From contig CAWBAN010000001.1 of NCBI GenBank assembly GCA_963786935.1, positions 864,001-928,000 of the forward strand: DNA of 64,000 nt. Reading direction: 5' to 3'. Both the position numbers and the translations under genes were made by a program. Positions 31,238-43,014 of this stretch are shown piece by piece. Numbering within the stretch: the stretch's first letter is position 1; each line of letters opens with the position of its first letter. The notes under the pieces were generated by a model that was given only the letters and a program-made list of their open reading frames with translations, was not told where the DNA came from and did not search any database. Origin of the DNA: an uncultured bacterium (GTDB lineage Bacteria > Krumholzibacteriota > Krumholzibacteriia > Krumholzibacteriales > Krumholzibacteriaceae).

Positions 31238-33109
31238 ATGAGAGTGAAATCGATTCCGGCCGTTCTGATCGTGCTCGCCATCGGCATGGGCAGCATCTGC
31301 CCGCCCGTGAGCGCGCTGGAGGCCGCCGAACGCGGCGCCGCGAGGCCGGATGACGTCTATCGCCGCTTCCCCCAGCTCCTCATGCTCGAGCAGAAGCTCG
31401 ATCGCGCCTCGTCGCACTATTATTTCGGGCAGCCGGATCTCGCCGCTTCCACCGCGGAGGATCTCCTCCAGGCCGTCGCGGCGCTCCGGACGACCTCTCC
31501 CGACCCCGCCGCCTGCGATCGCCTCGACAGCCTCGAAAGCAGGGCGCAGTGCCTGCTCCAGCGCATCGCCGACGACGAGATGGAGCGCGAGACGAGGCCG
31601 TATATCTCCTCGCTCCTCGATTCGGTCGCGCTGAACAACGTGGTCGAAGAGGAAATCGAGATCGAATACAACGACAAGACCAATCACTGGATCGACTACT
31701 TCCAGGGCCCCGGCCGGAAGCATTTCTCCCGCTGGCTCGTTCGCGTCGGCTGTTTTCAGGACGTCATCGAGCCGATCCTCATCGACGTGGGAATTCCGCG
31801 CGATCTCCTGTACCTCGCCGTCATCGAGAGCGGGCTCAACCTGAGCGCGAAATCGTACATGAAGGCGATCGGGCCGTGGCAGTTCATGACGGGAACGGGG
31901 CGGCTCTTCGGGCTGCGGATCAACTGGTGGGTCGACGAACGCAGGGACATCGTCGCCGCCACGTACGCGGCGGCCAACTACCTCAAGTATCTGTTCGATC
32001 TCTTCGACTCCTGGCCGCTCGCGCTCGCCGCGTACAACTCGGGCGAGCACCGCGTCGCGCGGGCCATCACGACGCAGCGCACGACCGATTACTGGCAGCT
32101 CCGCCTTCCCGCCCAAACGATGTGGTTCGTGCCGAAGTTCATGGCGGCGCTCGCCATCGGCAGGAATCCCGAGGCGTACGGCTTCGAGAAACCGCCGATC
32201 GATCCCATCGAGTTCGACATCATCGAGGTCGATCGTCCCATCGATCTGCGGAAGATCGCCGATGCGGCGGGCTGCTCCCTCGGCGACATCAAGGAATTGA
32301 ATCCGCATTTCAAGAAATGGTGCACGCCCCCCGACATGGTGGTCGAGGTCAAGGTGCCGAAGGGCTCGGGAGAGCAGTGCCGCGAGCGCGTCGCGGAGTT
32401 GAAGCGGGCGAAGGTGGAGTCGTTCGTCCAGCATCAGGTCAAGAAGGGGGAAACCCTCTCCAGCATCGCGGCGCAGCACGAGGTGACGGTCAAGGAGATC
32501 AAGAATCTCAACGATATATCCTCCTCGCACACGATCCATCCGGGAAACATCCTGCTCATTCCGGTCAAGGATGCGGTGCGCTCTTCTCGCGTGGCGAGCC
32601 GTCCGTCGTACCGGAATCCCGAAATTCCCCGCGACGCCGTGAACCTTCCTCTCCTTTCGGCGACCGACGGGAGCAAGCAGATCCGTTACATCGTCAAGAC
32701 GGGGGACACTATCGTGAAGATCGCCGGGCGCTTCCACGCGAGCCTCGCACAGGTCAGGACGTGGAACGATCTCGCGTATGACGACGTGATCCGGCCCGGC
32801 GACACCCTGAAGATTCTCATGGCCCCGCCCCCCGGCGCGGCGCGCGACGACGCCGCGAGCCTTCAGGAGCGCAGCGCTGCAAAGGCGCCCTCCGCCGGCG
32901 GCGTCGATGCCCCTCCGGACGGGATCGCGATGCCGGCGGCCGCGGGCTCCGATCGCATAACGCATGTCGTGAAAAAGGGCGAAACGCTGAGCGCCATCGG
33001 ACGGCGCTATAATGTGAAGCTCTCGCAGATTCTCGACTGGAATCCGGGGATCAGCCGGAACAGGATTCGCCCCGGCGACAAGATCACCATCCGCACCAAG
33101 ACGGGCTAG
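31238..33109 (+). CDS. mltD: MltD-like lytic transglycosylase with three LysM domains
   Basis: LAVIESG, GPWQFM..T, DERRD, AAYNSG; three VK.G.T repeats. Confidence 0.88.
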   Translation: MRVKSIPAVLIVLAIGMGSICPPVSALEAAERGAARPDDVYRRFPQLLMLEQKLDRASSHYYFGQPDLAASTAEDLLQAVAALRTTSPDPAACDRLDSLESRAQCLLQRIADDEMERETRPYISSLLDSVALNNVVEEEIEIEYNDKTNHWIDYFQGPGRKHFSRWLVRVGCFQDVIEPILIDVGIPRDLLYLAVIESGLNLSAKSYMKAIGPWQFMTGTGRLFGLRINWWVDERRDIVAATYAAANYLKYLFDLFDSWPLALAAYNSGEHRVARAITTQRTTDYWQLRLPAQTMWFVPKFMAALAIGRNPEAYGFEKPPIDPIEFDIIEVDRPIDLRKIADAAGCSLGDIKELNPHFKKWCTPPDMVVEVKVPKGSGEQCRERVAELKRAKVESFVQHQVKKGETLSSIAAQHEVTVKEIKNLNDISSSHTIHPGNILLIPVKDAVRSSRVASRPSYRNPEIPRDAVNLPLLSATDGSKQIRYIVKTGDTIVKIAGRFHASLAQVRTWNDLAYDDVIRPGDTLKILMAPPPGAARDDAASLQERSAAKAPSAGGVDAPPDGIAMPAAAGSDRITHVVKKGETLSAIGRRYNVKLSQILDWNPGISRNRIRPGDKITIRTKTG

Positions 33110-34377
33110 GGCCGCGTCTCTCCCGCGACGAAGCTGGCGCCGTCAGGCAGATCCCGTTTCGGAATGAGCCCCCGGTCGAGCGTCCCGCTCACGAGACAGT
33201 TGGCGCCGATCGTCACCCCCGCCGGAATCGCCGTGTGCTTCCCGATCAGCGTCACTCCGAAATCGAGATAGCCGGGCTGCAGCTCGTTGGGCGTATCCCC
33301 GTTTCCGAATCCCACGGCCGCCCGCTTTCCGACGACGACTCCTTTGTCCATGATCGCGTTGCGGACCCTCGCTCCCGGCTCGACCGCGCAGTCGTGGAAC
33401 AGGATCGAATTCTCCACCGTCGCTCCACGCCCGACCCTGACGCCGGGGGACAAAACCGACGACCGCACCTTTCCGTGTATGAGACAGCCGTTGCATACGA
33501 GCGAGTTCGAGATGCTCGCCTCCCCCGTCACGACGAACGGCGGCGCGTCGTCCGGAACCGTCAGAACCGGAGACGACCAGCTGTAGAGCTCCAAGCGCGG
33601 CCTCTCGGCGAGCAGCTCGAGACTCGCCCGATAGTAGCTCTTCAGGGTTCCGATATCGAGCCAGTATCCCGGGAATCGATATGCCGAGATCGCACCCTTC
33701 GAAACGAGGTGCGTGATCACGTGCTTTCCGAAGTCGAGATCGCCATGGTACGGTTCAAGTGCTTTCAGAAGTGATATTAAATATGCCTTGTCGAATAAAT
33801 AGATACCCATCGACGCCATGGTGCCGGTGGTTTTTTTCGGCTTTTCCTCGAACTTCGTGATCGCGCCATGCGCGTCCACCGTCGCGATGCCGAATTCACT
33901 CGTCATCCCCTTCGGCACGCTGACGACGCCGACGGAGGCCGGCTTGCCCCCCGCCTCGTGGAACGCGATGAATTCGCCGTAATCCATGCGGTACACGTGG
34001 TCACCGGAAAGGATGAGCACGTTCTCGCAATCGATTTTCTCGAGCACGGGAATATTCTGGAACAGCGCGTCAGCCGTTCCCCGGTACCAGTCGACCGCCT
34101 GATATCCGAGATGGGGATGGAGAATGCGCAGACCGCCCGTGGTCCTGTCCAAATCCCATGCCTTTCCGATACCGATATGCCTGACGAGCGAGCGCGATAT
34201 GTACTGCGTGAGCACGTATACCTCATCGATGCCCGATCTGATGCAGTTGGTCAGGGTGAAATCGATGATGCGGTATCTGCCGCCGAAAGGCACCGCCGGC
34301 TTCGCGCGATATCGCGTGAGGAGGCTCAATCGCTTCCCGACGCCCCCCGCCAGGATGAACGCGACGGTTCTCTTCAC
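33106..34377 (-). CDS. glgC: Glucose-1-phosphate adenylyltransferase
   Basis: LAGGVGKRL..LT..RAKPAVPFGG, GTADA, LSGDH, FEEKP; GTG start. Confidence 0.9.
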   Translation of the reverse strand: MKRTVAFILAGGVGKRLSLLTRYRAKPAVPFGGRYRIIDFTLTNCIRSGIDEVYVLTQYISRSLVRHIGIGKAWDLDRTTGGLRILHPHLGYQAVDWYRGTADALFQNIPVLEKIDCENVLILSGDHVYRMDYGEFIAFHEAGGKPASVGVVSVPKGMTSEFGIATVDAHGAITKFEEKPKKTTGTMASMGIYLFDKAYLISLLKALEPYHGDLDFGKHVITHLVSKGAISAYRFPGYWLDIGTLKSYYRASLELLAERPRLELYSWSSPVLTVPDDAPPFVVTGEASISNSLVCNGCLIHGKVRSSVLSPGVRVGRGATVENSILFHDCAVEPGARVRNAIMDKGVVVGKRAAVGFGNGDTPNELQPGYLDFGVTLIGKHTAIPAGVTIGANCLVSGTLDRGLIPKRDLPDGASFVAGETRP

Positions 34378-35624
34378 GGCCGCCTCCCTCCCCTGACGCG
34401 ATCGTGCGGCTCCACGAGCGCCCCGACGCGAACCCGAGCGCCCCGCGCGATGCACGCGCCCCTGCCGACCACCGCGATCGTTCCCGAGCCGCCGCCCTTT
34501 CGGCGCGTCCCCACCGCGTCCTCCCTCGCCCCCACTCTCCGCGCGGTCCCGCCGATGACCGCCCCGTCGCCGACCATGACGAACTTGTCGAGAATCGCGC
34601 GCGTCACGCGCGCGCGGCTTCCGACCCGGGAGTAGGAAAACACGATGCTGTCCCGAACGGACGCGCCCCGCTCGATCGTCACCCCGGGAAAGAGAATCGA
34701 GCCGGAAACCGAGCCCCGCACGATGCATCCGTCGGCGATGATGGAGTCGCTCACGCGCGAGCGCTCCGCGCACCGCGCCGGGGGCAGCTCGCTCCCCATC
34801 GTGTAAATCGGCCAATCGGGATCGGTGATGAGGCGGCGGTTCTTGAGGAGCTCCAGGGAGCATTGGTAATAGCTCTCGATCGAGCCGATGTCCTCCCAGT
34901 AGCCGTCGAACACGTATCCCGCGACGTCGTTCCGCTTGAGGAGCGGCATGACGATGTCGAAGACGACGTTCCATTTTCCGGGACCGAGCGCATCGAGCAA
35001 AAAATCGCGCCGGAACACGTAGATCCCGAGGGAGGCGAACCGGAAGGTGGAGGCGGCGGGCTTCTCCCGGAACGCGGTCACGTCGCCGTCCCGCGAGCGC
35101 CTCACCATGCCGAACCGGGAACGCTGGCTCGCCTGGACCTCCTTGATCGCGAGCGTGACGGCCTTTCCCTTCTCGAAGTGGTATCGCAGGAGCGGGCGAT
35201 AATCCATCACGTATATCTGGTCTCCCGACAGCACGAGGATCGTATCGGCCCTCGAATTGCGGATGAGATCGATGTTCTGGTAGAGCGCGTCCGCGGTGCC
35301 GATGTACCAATTCGCCGCCTCGCCGCTGTGCGTCGGCAGCAGCACGGAGACGCCGCCGGTTCTCCGGTCGAGATCCCACGGCTTCCCCATGCCGATATGA
35401 TCGATGAGCGACTTCGGCGAATACTGCGCGAGCACGGCAATCTCGTGAAGATCCGAATGAACGCAGTTGCTGAGGCAGAAGTCGACGACCCGGTAGCGCC
35501 CTCCGAAGGGCACCGCGGTCTTCGCGCGATGGCGCGTGAGCACCGAAAGCTCCTCGCCGGTGCCGCCGGCGAGTATCAGGGTGAGGGTTTTCAAGAAATA
35601 CCGATTCCCCTGCTTCGTTGCCAT
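34374..35624 (-). CDS. Second GlgC-family subunit (GlgD-like paralog)
   Basis: LAGGTGEEL..RAKTAVPFGG, LSGDQ, FREKP; tandem with glgC. Confidence 0.8.
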   Translation of the reverse strand: MATKQGNRYFLKTLTLILAGGTGEELSVLTRHRAKTAVPFGGRYRVVDFCLSNCVHSDLHEIAVLAQYSPKSLIDHIGMGKPWDLDRRTGGVSVLLPTHSGEAANWYIGTADALYQNIDLIRNSRADTILVLSGDQIYVMDYRPLLRYHFEKGKAVTLAIKEVQASQRSRFGMVRRSRDGDVTAFREKPAASTFRFASLGIYVFRRDFLLDALGPGKWNVVFDIVMPLLKRNDVAGYVFDGYWEDIGSIESYYQCSLELLKNRRLITDPDWPIYTMGSELPPARCAERSRVSDSIIADGCIVRGSVSGSILFPGVTIERGASVRDSIVFSYSRVGSRARVTRAILDKFVMVGDGAVIGGTARRVGAREDAVGTRRKGGGSGTIAVVGRGACIARGARVRVGALVEPHDRVRGGRRP

Positions 35625-35643
35625 CCGCCCGCGGGACCGCCGA

Positions 35644-36699
35644 TCAATGAGCGGCGATCAGCGATACGCGATGGGTCATGTCGAATTCATCGTGATGAAG
35701 CAGCGCGTAATCGAGCCCGAGCGACATGTGCCAGGGTCCGAAATCGCGCAGCATGACGCCCATGCCCGCCGTCGGGCGCCCCATATCCATCCCGCCGCGC
35801 AACGCGACGATATCCCGGATGAGGATCTCGGCGCCGAGATGGAAATCCGCGCTCGCGCTGCCGATCCAGTACTGCGCCGCTCCTTGCCTGTTCTCGAACC
35901 GGAAATCCGCGTCGGCCGCGACGGCGAGCGTGCTCCCCATTCCCTCGAATCGGAACGGATACGCGATCCCGAGCTTGAGCGCGGGATAGATGAACTCGCG
36001 CTCCCCCGTGCTCCACCCGATGTACGTTCCGGTCGCGTCCTGCAGCTTCGCGCCCACGGCGAGATCCCGCCAGAGGTCCCGCCTGAGAAATCCGACGTCG
36101 AGCCCGATGCCGAAACTGGTGACGCCGGTGATCTGATCGTTGCGGATGATCTTGACGTTCACCCCCGCCGATCCGAACGAGAACCGCTGGGCATAGGAAA
36201 AGAACGCTGCGATGTCGTTCGCGCTCTCGTACGTGATGTCGCCCGGGCCGAGATTCAATCCTTCCGGCTGCGGGTTGCGCGGCTCGTAGATGTCATCGCC
36301 GTCCGAGTTCGTGATCATGCCCGGCTTGAGCAAGATGACCGGAATATCGGGGATTCCCATGTGGATGAGGGAGATTCCCCACCCCGATTCGCCCGGTTTG
36401 ATCGGAAACGCGGCGGAGAGGAAGTTGTAGTCGATGAGATCGCCGAACTGCTCGGCGTGCATGAGCAGCGCCTCCCAGCTCCCCGAACGCTCCCGGAGAG
36501 ACGGGATATCGACTATGCCGGCGGGATTCCAGAACGTGGTCGTCGCGTCGTTCGCGACCGCGATGAAGGCCCCGCCCATTCCCATGGCCCGAGCGCCCCC
36601 GCCGAGGGCCATGAATTCTCCCGCATACTTCGCGCCGTGGGATGCGGATGGAGAGACCAGGAGAGAGATACATGCGCCTGCTACGATGAGAAAACGCAT
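35644..36699 (-). CDS. PorV/PorQ-family outer-membrane barrel
   Basis: Signal peptide, GARAMGMGGA...DA...WNPAG, C-terminal HRVSL; GGAGG RBS. Confidence 0.75.
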   Translation of the reverse strand: MRFLIVAGACISLLVSPSASHGAKYAGEFMALGGGARAMGMGGAFIAVANDATTTFWNPAGIVDIPSLRERSGSWEALLMHAEQFGDLIDYNFLSAAFPIKPGESGWGISLIHMGIPDIPVILLKPGMITNSDGDDIYEPRNPQPEGLNLGPGDITYESANDIAAFFSYAQRFSFGSAGVNVKIIRNDQITGVTSFGIGLDVGFLRRDLWRDLAVGAKLQDATGTYIGWSTGEREFIYPALKLGIAYPFRFEGMGSTLAVAADADFRFENRQGAAQYWIGSASADFHLGAEILIRDIVALRGGMDMGRPTAGMGVMLRDFGPWHMSLGLDYALLHHDEFDMTHRVSLIAAH

Positions 36700-36781
36700 T
36701 GGTTCCTCCAATTTCCCAGGGGATTTATGCACACGGGCTATCGTCATACGTGCGGCCCAGGGTGGCCGGTTCGTTCTCTCC

Positions 36782-36814
36782 TTGAATTATAACAAGCCGG
36801 ATCCGATAATTCAA
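36782..36814. promoter_or_regulatory. sigma70-like promoter embedded in a perfect 9-bp inverted repeat
   Basis: Minus TTGAAT-17-TATAAT with TGn; TTGAATTAT-N15-ATAATTCAA. Confidence 0.65.
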
Positions 36815-36829
36815 ATCGAATCGGAACCG

Positions 36830-38305
36830 TCAATCGAGCTTGTATTTCTTGATCCGCCGGTACAGGGTCCGCTCCGACAGCCCGAGCTGTCTCGCCGCCT
36901 TGCGCCGGTTGCCCCCGTGGGCCTCCAGCGCCTCCCGGATCGCCGCGCGCTCCATTTTCTCGAGATTCCGCGGCTTCCCCACCTCCCCCTCCCGCACTTC
37001 CACGAGCCCGCGCCACACTCCCCCCTCGGGCGGCTTCTCCCCCCTGAGGATTCTCAGGACCTCTCGGAGGTCGTTATGGAGCGACAGCAGGGAGTTGAGA
37101 ATCAGCTCTCGTTCGGCCTCGTCCCTGTTCCGCGGAACGTGCACGGGCAGATCGGGAAACGTCTGCGAGGCGGTTTTCTCCGCGAGCCGCCGCTCGACGT
37201 CCGCGGCGCGGATCGTCTGATCCTTGCTCATGATCGCGAGGTTATCGACGATATTGGCGAGCTCCCGCACGTTCCCCGGCCACGGATAGCTCATGAGGAG
37301 GTCCATGCCCTCTTTCTCGATGCCCCGGATCCGGCGGTCGTGCTTGGCGTTCGCCGCGGCGATGAAATACCGCGTCAGGACCGGGATATCCTCGGCCCGC
37401 GCCCTGAGGGGAGGTATTCTGATCTGAACGACCCGGAGCCGGTAATAGAGATCCTTCCTGAATTCCCCCCGTTCGACCGCCGCGTCGAGCGGGCGGTTGG
37501 TCGCGGCGACGATCCGCACGTCGGAGTGCACGCGCTCGGAGCCCCCGACCCGCAGAAACTCCCCCGTCTCGATGACGCGGAGCAGCCGGACCTGCATGTT
37601 GAGGGACATCTCGCCGACCTCGTCGAGAAAGAGCGTCCCGCGGTTCGCGCGCTCGAACAGCCCCTGCCGTCTCGCCACGGCGCCCGTGAACGATCCGCGC
37701 TCGTGACCGAAGAGCTCGCTCTCGAGAACGCCCTCGGCGAGGGACCCGCAGTTAACCGCCTCGAAGAGCCGCTCGCGGCGCCTGCTCGCGAGATGGATCG
37801 CCCGGGCGGTCAGCTCCTTGCCGGAACCGCTCTCCCCCTCGATGAGCACGGGCACCTCCGTCGGGGCGACCCGCAGCACCGTCTCGAGCATCTCGTTGAT
37901 TTCCGGCGACCGGCCGATGAATTTCGCCGCGCTCTTGATCCGGCGGACCGACGCCGTCTCCGCGAGCGCCTCCACCAATTCGCCCTCATGCAGCGGAAGC
38001 GGCAGGTACCGATCCACTCCGAGGGAGCGTTCGCGCAGGCAAGCGTCGGCCTGCTTCTGCGGGCCGATCACGATCACGTCAACGCCGAAGAACTTCTTCT
38101 GGAGACGGCCGAGGGAGGTGAGATAGTTCTTGAACTTTCCGGCGCCCTCGATGACGAGCACGGCGCCGCCGGCAGGCTCCTCCAGCGGCAGCAGGTCGGC
38201 GACGTCGCCGAACGAGCGAACCGGTATCCCGGCCGCCGCGGCCGCGCTCCGGAGCGCCGCTTCGATTCCCGGGCTCTGTACGAGGCTCCACAGTTCCGGA
38301 TCCAT
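36830..38305 (-). CDS. sigma54-dependent enhancer-binding protein with degenerate receiver domain
   Basis: GESGSGKE, ESELFGHERGSFTGA, FLDEVG, WPGNVREL, Fis HTH. Confidence 0.9.
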   Translation of the reverse strand: MDPELWSLVQSPGIEAALRSAAAAAGIPVRSFGDVADLLPLEEPAGGAVLVIEGAGKFKNYLTSLGRLQKKFFGVDVIVIGPQKQADACLRERSLGVDRYLPLPLHEGELVEALAETASVRRIKSAAKFIGRSPEINEMLETVLRVAPTEVPVLIEGESGSGKELTARAIHLASRRRERLFEAVNCGSLAEGVLESELFGHERGSFTGAVARRQGLFERANRGTLFLDEVGEMSLNMQVRLLRVIETGEFLRVGGSERVHSDVRIVAATNRPLDAAVERGEFRKDLYYRLRVVQIRIPPLRARAEDIPVLTRYFIAAANAKHDRRIRGIEKEGMDLLMSYPWPGNVRELANIVDNLAIMSKDQTIRAADVERRLAEKTASQTFPDLPVHVPRNRDEAERELILNSLLSLHNDLREVLRILRGEKPPEGGVWRGLVEVREGEVGKPRNLEKMERAAIREALEAHGGNRRKAARQLGLSERTLYRRIKKYKLD

Positions 38306-38320
38306 GCCGAACGCTCCGAA

Positions 38321-39680
<1,360 letters not shown>

Positions 39681-39688
<8 letters not shown>

Positions 39689-41795
39689 TCAGCGATCCTT
39701 TCACCCTGATCCCCGGGGTCGGACGCCCCGACGCGCCGAGCATTTTCCGCGGCAGTTCGATGAAGAAGCTCGTGCCCGCTCCCACGGCGCTCCGGTGGTA
39801 CAAGCGCCCGCCGTGGCTCTCCGTTATCTTCCGGGAGATCGAAAGTCCCATGCCGGTGCCCTCCGGTTTCGTCGTGAAGAACGGATTGTAGAGCTTGTCG
39901 GCGACGTCGTCGGGAATGCCGCCGCCCGAGTCGCTGATCTCGATCTCGATCAACGCGGGATTCGCGCCTTCGCGCGCGATCACGTCGACCGATCCGCCCG
40001 AGTCGCACGCCTCGATCCCGTTCAGTGCGACGTTGAGGATAACCTGCTTCACCTGGTCGCCGTCCAGCATGCAGCGCTCGTCCCGCAACCGGCTTTCGAA
40101 CCGGATCCGAACGCCCCGCTCGGCCGCCCGGTCCGAAACGAGCACAAGCGCCTCCTCGATGAGGCGCGCGATCGACACATCCCTCGGCCGCGGCGAGACG
40201 GGACGGGCGAAGTTGAGGAGATTCTTGATGATGTCGTCGAGCCGCGCGATTTCCTCGAGAATGACCGTCACGTATTTCCGGCGATCCTCGTCTTCGCCCA
40301 GCTTCTCGAGGAGCACCTGCGCCGTCGTCGCGATGCCCGTGAGCGGGTTCCTGATCTCGTGCGCGACGCCCGCGGACAGCTCCCCGAGCGATCGCAGGCG
40401 GTCCGCGCGACGCAGCTCCTCCTCCATCTCTTTCTGCGCGCTCAGATCCTCGAAGATGACGACGACCGCGTTGCCGTGATGATCGTCGAGCTTCACGGAG
40501 CGCGCGCTCAGCCGGACCGTCACCGGATCCCCCTCCGTCCGGACGAGGGCGCATTCGAGCGAGGACGGCTCGCCGGCGCGCGAGACCAGATGAGCGAACA
40601 ACCCGCCGCTCCCGAACGGATTCGAAAAGAGCGAGTCGAACTCGACGCCGATTCCCGCCCCCGCCCCGATGAGCTCTCGCGCGCGGCCGTTCAGGTAGGT
40701 TACCGATCCCCCGTGATCCGCCGTGAGCACGCCGCTCGTGATGTTCTCGAGAATCGTCTCGTTGAAGTCCTTGAGATTCCGCAGCCGGCTGATCGTTGAC
40801 GCGTTCGCGACTTCTTCGGTCAGGATCGTCTGGATCGTATTGATAAAATGGTAATCGCTGATGTACGAGCGCCGCGAACGGTACGATTTCCTGATCAGCA
40901 GAAAACCGAGCCAGCGCCCCTTGTACAGGAGCGGCACGGTCGTGTGCTCCCACGGCGCCGTCATCTCGAGACACGTCCGCAGGCGCTCCCCCGCGGGGCG
41001 TTCGAGGTTGAACATTTCGGACGGGAGCGTGTCGTCGCGCTGCGCGTCGGACAGTCGAAGCACGGCATCCTCGAGGAAACCGCTTTCGAGCTGGTAGGCC
41101 GTCCGAACCTTCAACGCCCGCTCGTTGTTGCTGAACAGAAGGAGCGCCGCCCCCTCCGCCTCGAGGTATTTGCAGAGGGCCATGAGAAACCGGTCGAGCG
41201 CGTCGCCCCAGTTCTCGTTCGAGCTGATGTCGCGCCCCATCTGGTACAGTACGCGGAGCCGCGTGACGTGCCGATTCAACGACTCGTTCGCGCGCGTCAG
41301 CTCCGCGTTGATGGCGAGAAGCTTCTCCTCGAGCGCCTTCGCGCCGGCCTCGAGCGTCCGGTTCGCGCGGGACAGATCCTCGATGACGACGTCGTTCTCG
41401 GCGCGCGAGCGCGCCTGATCGACGGCGGCGTCGACGATCTCGCCGACCTTGAGAAGATCGAACGGTTTCACGATGTAGTCGAAGGCGTTCAGCCGGAGCG
41501 CCTCGATCGTGCTCTCGACCGACGCGAACGCCGTCATGATGATGCATTTGGCGCGCGGATTCGAGCGGGCGACCGGCTCGAGGAGATCGGTGCCGGCTTG
41601 ATCGGGCAGCTTGAGATCGATGAGCGCGACGTCGAAACGCTCATGTTCGATGACCGCGAGCGCTTCCGTCGCGCTCGCCGCCGTCGTCACGCGGCATCCC
41701 CGCTCCGAAATGAACTGCTTGAGGATCTCCAGTATCGCCGGCTCGTCGTCAACGATGAGGACGGAAGCCGATTCGGCAAGGGTTTTGTTCCCCAT
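39681..41795 (-). CDS. Histidine kinase: REC-coiled coil-GAF-PAS-HisKA-HATPase
   Basis: N-terminal receiver, AHEIRNPL, N-box, DSGGG, FFTTK, GTGMGL. Confidence 0.92.
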
Positions 41796-41828
41796 GAACC
41801 CCCTGGAAGAGAGCGGGAGTGCCGGAAT

Positions 41829-42185
41829 TCAGGACGACAGCTTCGATCTGATGAAGGAGTCGAGTATCTTGAGCGAGCTCTCGGAAACGAGCGTGAAGAG
41901 AATGGCCACCCGGTATTGCGCGACGGGGGGCGTCTTCCGCTCCGGCTCCACGCGCACCACCACGCCGTCGCACTTCACCGGCGACTCCCCCCCACGCGGA
42001 TCGGGGATGAGAAATTCGAGTCTGATCTTCGTCAAAGGCTCGATGTAGTACGGAGACTCGAAGTAAATGCCGCTCGTGCTGATGTTGAGGGCCCTGCCCT
42101 TCGCCTCGCCGGGGCCGCCCCTGACCGTTACCGCGAGATCCGCCTCGACCCGCTGCGCTTTCCGTCGTTCGTTGAATGCCATCAA
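41829..42185 (-). CDS. Stand-alone PilZ-domain protein
   Basis: RRKAQR (RxxxR) and NISTSG (D/NxSxxG). Confidence 0.85.
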   Translation of the reverse strand: MMAFNERRKAQRVEADLAVTVRGGPGEAKGRALNISTSGIYFESPYYIEPLTKIRLEFLIPDPRGGESPVKCDGVVVRVEPERKTPPVAQYRVAILFTLVSESSLKILDSFIRSKLSS

Positions 42186-42220
42186 CGCCGCTCGATCTCC
42201 CCTGTGCTTATGAGCATCTC

Positions 42221-42316
42221 TTAGCGTTTTTTCTTTTTGTGCCGGTCCTTGCGGAGACGTTTTTTCCTCTTGTGCGTTGCGATCTTCTTTCTCTTTCTCT
42301 TCTTTCCGCTTGGCAT
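42221..42316 (-). CDS. 30S ribosomal protein bS22-like (AURKAIP1/COX24 family), 31 aa
   Basis: Hand translation MPSGKKRKRKKIATHKRKKRLRKDRHKKKKR*; GGGAGG RBS. Confidence 0.85.
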   Translation of the reverse strand: MPSGKKRKRKKIATHKRKKRLRKDRHKKKKR

Positions 42317-42358
42317 CGTTCCTCCCTGTCCGCCGCGCGCCGCGCGATCAGCTCTTGA

Positions 42359-42643
42359 TTACTTGTTCACGAGCGCTTTGAGCTCGTTCGAAGCCTTGAA
42401 ATAGGGAACCAGCTTCGCCGGGACTTCCACGGAGGATCCGGTCCGGGGATTGCGCGCCTTCCGCGATTTGCGGCTTTTCACCTTGAAGCTGCCGAAACCG
42501 CGCAGCTCCACCTTGTCCCCCTCGGCGAGCGCTTTGATGAGATTGTCGATGATGAGGTTCACGACGATATTCGTGTCCTTCTTGCTCAGCCCCGTGTCCT
42601 TCGAAATTTCCTCGACGAGATCTGCCTTTGTCATCTCGGTCAC
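42359..42643 (-). CDS. HU/IHF-family DNA-binding protein
   Basis: MTKADL...VELRGFGSF...RNPRTG...P.FKAS..LK. Confidence 0.93.
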   Translation of the reverse strand: MTEMTKADLVEEISKDTGLSKKDTNIVVNLIIDNLIKALAEGDKVELRGFGSFKVKSRKSRKARNPRTGSSVEVPAKLVPYFKASNELKALVNK

Positions 42644-42727
42644 CCCGCTCCTTGTTTGAAAGTCCCCTTCTGGTGATTCCCTAAATCAATGACAACACCG
42701 TATGCGGGCACGCGTAATTTCTTACCA

Positions 42728-42756
42728 TAGCTAGCATATCGGCGCTGCGTTGTCAA
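42728..42756 (-). promoter_or_regulatory. Possible sigma70 promoter of the HU gene
   Basis: Perfect TTGACA, 17 bp, weak -10 TAGCTA. Confidence 0.4.
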
Positions 42757-42876
42757 AATTTATTTTTCGATTGCGGCGCGATATGCGGCGCGCGCCTCGC
42801 GGATTGATGAGAGTTTTATCGGGAGGAATCGAATCGAAGTGTTGCGCGCTCGAGCGCATCTGTGATATCATAAAAT

Positions 42877-42977
42877 AAAGTTCCCCGTTTGTACCGTGTA
42901 CCCCTGTGCGTGGGTTTCTACAACACGTGAGGATGAGAAACACGTCAGGAATAAAACACGGGTAAACAGGGAACTTT
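42877..42977. ncRNA. Candidate structured small RNA (long bulged hairpin)
   Basis: AAAGTTCCC/GGGAACTTT, GTTT/AAAC, CGTGT/ACACG, CCTG/CAGG, TTTCT/AGAAA nested pairings; flanked by promoter motifs. Confidence 0.55.
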
Positions 42978-42999
42978 CCGCGTGCGAACAAATGGTCTT

Positions 43000-43014
43000 T
43001 CAAGAGTTGTGCCA
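43000..43014 (-). promoter_or_regulatory. sigma54-like promoter (variant -12) upstream of the hairpin
   Basis: TGGCAC-aactc-TTGA. Confidence 0.45.

Noticed and set aside
42877..42977. Hairpin as SRP RNA, 6S RNA or retron ncRNA
   Set aside because: No SRP domain IV motif, too short and no central bubble for 6S, no reverse transcriptase nearby.
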